From the NCBI GenBank assembly GCA_002189035.1, contig NEEC01000017.1:620001-684000 (forward strand): a stretch of DNA of 64,000 nucleotides, read 5' to 3'. Position numbers and translations under genes: made by a program. Below are positions 60,512 to 64,000 of this stretch, in pieces (the first letter of the stretch is position 1; every line of letters begins with the position of its first letter). This DNA is from Utricularia gibba (taxonomy: Eukaryota > Plantae > Magnoliophyta). Below the pieces are notes generated by a model that was given only the letters and a program-made list of their open reading frames with translations, was not told the origin of the DNA and ran no database searches.

Positions 60512-63288
60512 TCAAGGATGGACCACCTCGATGAGGGTAGGCTCGTAGTCGCTTGGAGCTACAAACCCATGAAGATTCATCACAGTTGCTGCCACATTGG
60601 CCAGCCCCCCTCCAGGAACGTCTGTGCGGAATCTCACACCTGGTGCCAGTCCAGGGCCACCAATTGCAAGCGGGACCTGACAAGAAGCCATCACATGTGG
60701 ATCAGTACAACACAACAACAGCTTCTGACATTCAGACTAGCACAAGCTCCAATTGAAAGAAGATTCTAGGATACTAAGAAAAGTACTATGAAAGAAACAT
60801 GACCATGATTTGGCAGAAGAATGATAAATTAAGCCAATGATGTTCTACACATAAAGCTTGCATCGACAGGGTCATTATCCACTCACAGGCTGAAGGGTGT
60901 GAGAAGTAAGTATCTGAATATTGCCGCTCTTATCTAAGGCAGGTTTTCCTTTCTTGTCCCTCTTCACCATGTCCTCAGCATTTCCATGATCAGCAGTCAC
61001 AACATATATTCCACCCACTTGCTCAACAGCATCAAGGATCATCTACCATATATAATACTGGAGTTAGCAGCAATGCACCTTTAATGATGTTAAAGACATA
61101 CATCTTGTGACGGAAATTACCTTTACAGCTTCATCAGCAGCCTTACAAGCCACAACTGTTGCTTTGATGTCACCAGTATGCCCCACCATGTCACTGTTGG
61201 GTAGGTTAACACGAACCTTTCAAAGTAAAGGGGAAAATGAACTTTATGGGCAAATTCAAGGAGCACAACAAGCTTCCGAGATGTGAATAAGTAAAAACCT
61301 GTGAATACCTGGTTAAACTTTCCGCTCAGTATAGCATCCCTAGCCTTCTCAGCAATCTCCAGGGCCTTCATCTTTGGCTGGACATTGAAGGAAATGCCAG
61401 AATCACTAGGTATCTCAACATACTCCTCTAATTCAGGGTTAAAATAACCCGAGCGATTTCCATTCCAAAAGAAAGTGACATGACCAAATTTAACTGTTTC
61501 ACTGCATAGAAAAATAACAGTCTCGTTAATTGAAAGTTCCTGCATATAAAAAAAAAAAAGCGTCTGGTTGCATAAGGGATGATGCAAAACTGAGGGTTAC
61601 CCAAACTTATGTAAGGAAAGGAAATGTAATAGGCCAAGGACTGGTTAAGGCAATAATCTAACCTACAAGCAAACGTACGGATGCCATTATGCACCAAGTA
61701 TTCTCCAGATGTTCTTTCAATTTCTGGTGGTGAAACGAGATAGCGACTTGGAAGCTTAAGTTCACCATCATATTGAAGCATACCAGCATAGCGGATTTTA
61801 GGAAAACGGACTCGGTCAAATTTATCAAAGTCTTCATATTCAAGAGCCTTAGCAACCATGACCATGCGATCAGCTCTAAAGTTGAAGGTGACAACAGCAT
61901 CACCATCAACAATAGGACCAACAGCCTCCCCATTGTCATTAGTGATAACAAACGGAGGAAGGAATTGATCATTTGCATTCTCTCTCAGCTTCTTCACAGC
62001 CTCAACAGCGCTCTTAAACTTGTGTGGTGCTTCTCCAAGCACTTGGGCATCCCATCCCCGCTTTACAATATCCCAATCATTCTGGAAAATGAAGACCATC
62101 AGTATATGCATAACCAACTGAGAATGGATTTCAGCAGGACGACCCAGCCCAGTTATCCCAAGTAACATAACTATATATACAAAGAGGACGTACTTCATAT
62201 CTGTCCATAGTCACATACATACGCCCACCACCAGAGGCAATGCGCGCATCTATGCCTTTTTCACGCAGTGCTGCGAGATCATTCTCTAGGGTTTCAACAA
62301 AGCCTACGCTTGATCCATCCAAGACATCACGTCCATCCGTAAGAATGTGTACCCTGATCCTTTTAGCACCATTGGCACTAGCACCTTTAAGTAACAACTG
62401 AAGCAAGTAATAAGAAGTGAATAAGTAACAAAAGGTATAAAGAGGAAAAAATCACTGGTCCTCAATGATTGAGCAGCAGAATAGGTCATCAAGTAAAAGT
62501 TTAAAACCTGTATCTGATCGAGTCTAGAGTGAACACCTCCATCACTTAACAAGCCAATGAGATGCAATGTTCCAGTTTCAAAGCTTTCCTTTATGTACTT
62601 GAAACCTTCGCCTTCAAAAAGTTTACCGGTTTCTAGAGCAATATCAACAAGCTTTGCACTGTAGTACAAACATGGATAAGAAAACAAGTTAACGCATCAT
62701 ACTTCAGAGAGGATATATCTTTTGCGTGTCATATGCATCAGCAAGTCACTGAGTCAGCAAAATGATGGCAAAAGAGAACCCCCACCAAGCGTTCCAATGG
62801 AATCACAGAAATGTAAGTTCCAATTTAAAGATTTAGCCCTTTAACTAATAAACCAGTGGAACGAATCACACAAACAAATAATTTAATTATTTTTTAAAAG
62901 GACATAAACAAAGCTCACCCTTGGGCATAAATCCTGCCTGCACCAAGGGCATTGTGACCGACCTCACTGTTGCCCATATCATCATCCGTGGGCAACCCAA
63001 CGGCCTTACCATGAGCCTTCACCAGTCTCCATGTCTCAGGAGCACCCTTATCATTTCCCCAACAAATATTCAGTAAATTTACATTTTCAATGGTATTAAA
63101 AAAAATTCAACGAAAGCAAAGATTACATTTTTAAGCGAATCCATGGTAGGTGTTTGAGCTACATGGATGCAATTGTACTGATCGGGTGTAGCCTCCCCCC
63201 AACCATCCAAAACAACCAATGCTATCACCTTCCCCTTGGGGAGTTTAGGATGATCCTCCAATTTCCATGCGACTCCAGCGGTACCCAT
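60512..63288 (-). CDS. iPGAM: 2,3-bisphosphoglycerate-independent phosphoglycerate mutase (iPGAM), 9 exons, intact
   Basis: [110 protein letters not shown]. Confidence 0.95.
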
Positions 63289-64000
63289 CTCAATCTACCG
63301 TCAAACCCGATACACGAATCGTCAGTAATCCAAACGCAATCAGCAGCATATTCAGCAATCCTGAATCTCATAAAGAACACTAACCCACCGTAAACAATCG
63401 GCGACGGCGCAGCTGAGAAGAACCTGGAAATTGACCAACAATTGCGCCTACCAGACGCAGATGATATTACTGCTGGCCGTTGGGCGTGGGGTGTGACCAG
63501 TGACCACAGAATTAATTAAAAAAAACAATAAATTAATTATCCAATGGCACTTCCGTGTACAAAACCAATATCACGTGTTTAATTCCCATTTTGTTTAAAA
63601 TATTGTATTTAATTTACATTAATATAATTGATTCCCATTATTTAATGTAACATTCATATTAATCTTCAAAATTCGAAATTAATTTCAAATATTTTTTAAT
63701 TCATACATAAATGATTCCCATAATTTGAATTTTAAATATAATTTATCTTCATTTTTTAAAAACCGAATCTGTCAGGTTTCTATTGTTTTAGTATATAAAA
63801 AATTGAGATTTAAATTAAAGTAATATTATGTATATTATTTTTCAAATGATCAAATTGATGATCATATTCAAATTCTAATTTTTCAAAATGGTCATCCCAT
63901 ATTGATGCAAAGGTGATTTATGGTTTTCACTACATATAATAGATACTATATATAAGTTTTGTGTGTTCGAATTCAAGATATGTTTCTTATGTTCTTAAAT

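Noticed and set aside
1-64000. CRISPR arrays, rRNA, tRNA, organellar insertions or other prokaryote-type systems
   Set aside because: Intron-rich plant nuclear sequence; no regular repeat-spacer array or recognisable structural-RNA or organellar sequence was seen by eye. tRNAscan and Infernal were not run.

Overview
Eukaryotic (flowering-plant, eudicot-like) nuclear DNA with very high gene density. I can support about 19 protein-coding genes, two eroded pseudogenes and a decayed PIF/Harbinger transposon in 64 kb, with short introns and sometimes <260 bp between tandem genes. Order: glycine-rich wall protein(-), MHF2/CENP-X(+), SOBIR1(-), CERK1/LYK-type LysM kinase(-), CruP-like FAD protein(-), pTAC18(+), ARM protein(-), COP1(-), PUB10/11-like pseudogene(+), IDD zinc-finger pseudogene(+), reduced CCCH gene(+), GDSL lipase(-), RALF-like peptide(+), Harbinger remnant, HAC1(+), LRR protein(+), conserved hypothetical(+), GH17 glucanase(-), FAR1(-), PAT19/20(+), RH53/PMH2(+), iPGAM(-). 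Seven otherwise intact genes each carry one -1 frameshift at a homopolymer or doublet, which most likely reflects assembly error rather than biology. The most notable real features are a 5-nt micro-exon in the LysM kinase, a SOBIR1-LYK pair with W-box-bearing upstream regions, and a 1.1-kb scar in which a U-box gene and an IDD gene have been eroded by stop codons and deletions. No rRNA, tRNA or CRISPR was recognised, and I found no clearly new system. Family assignments come from motif recognition from memory; no database search was run, and the species cannot be determined.
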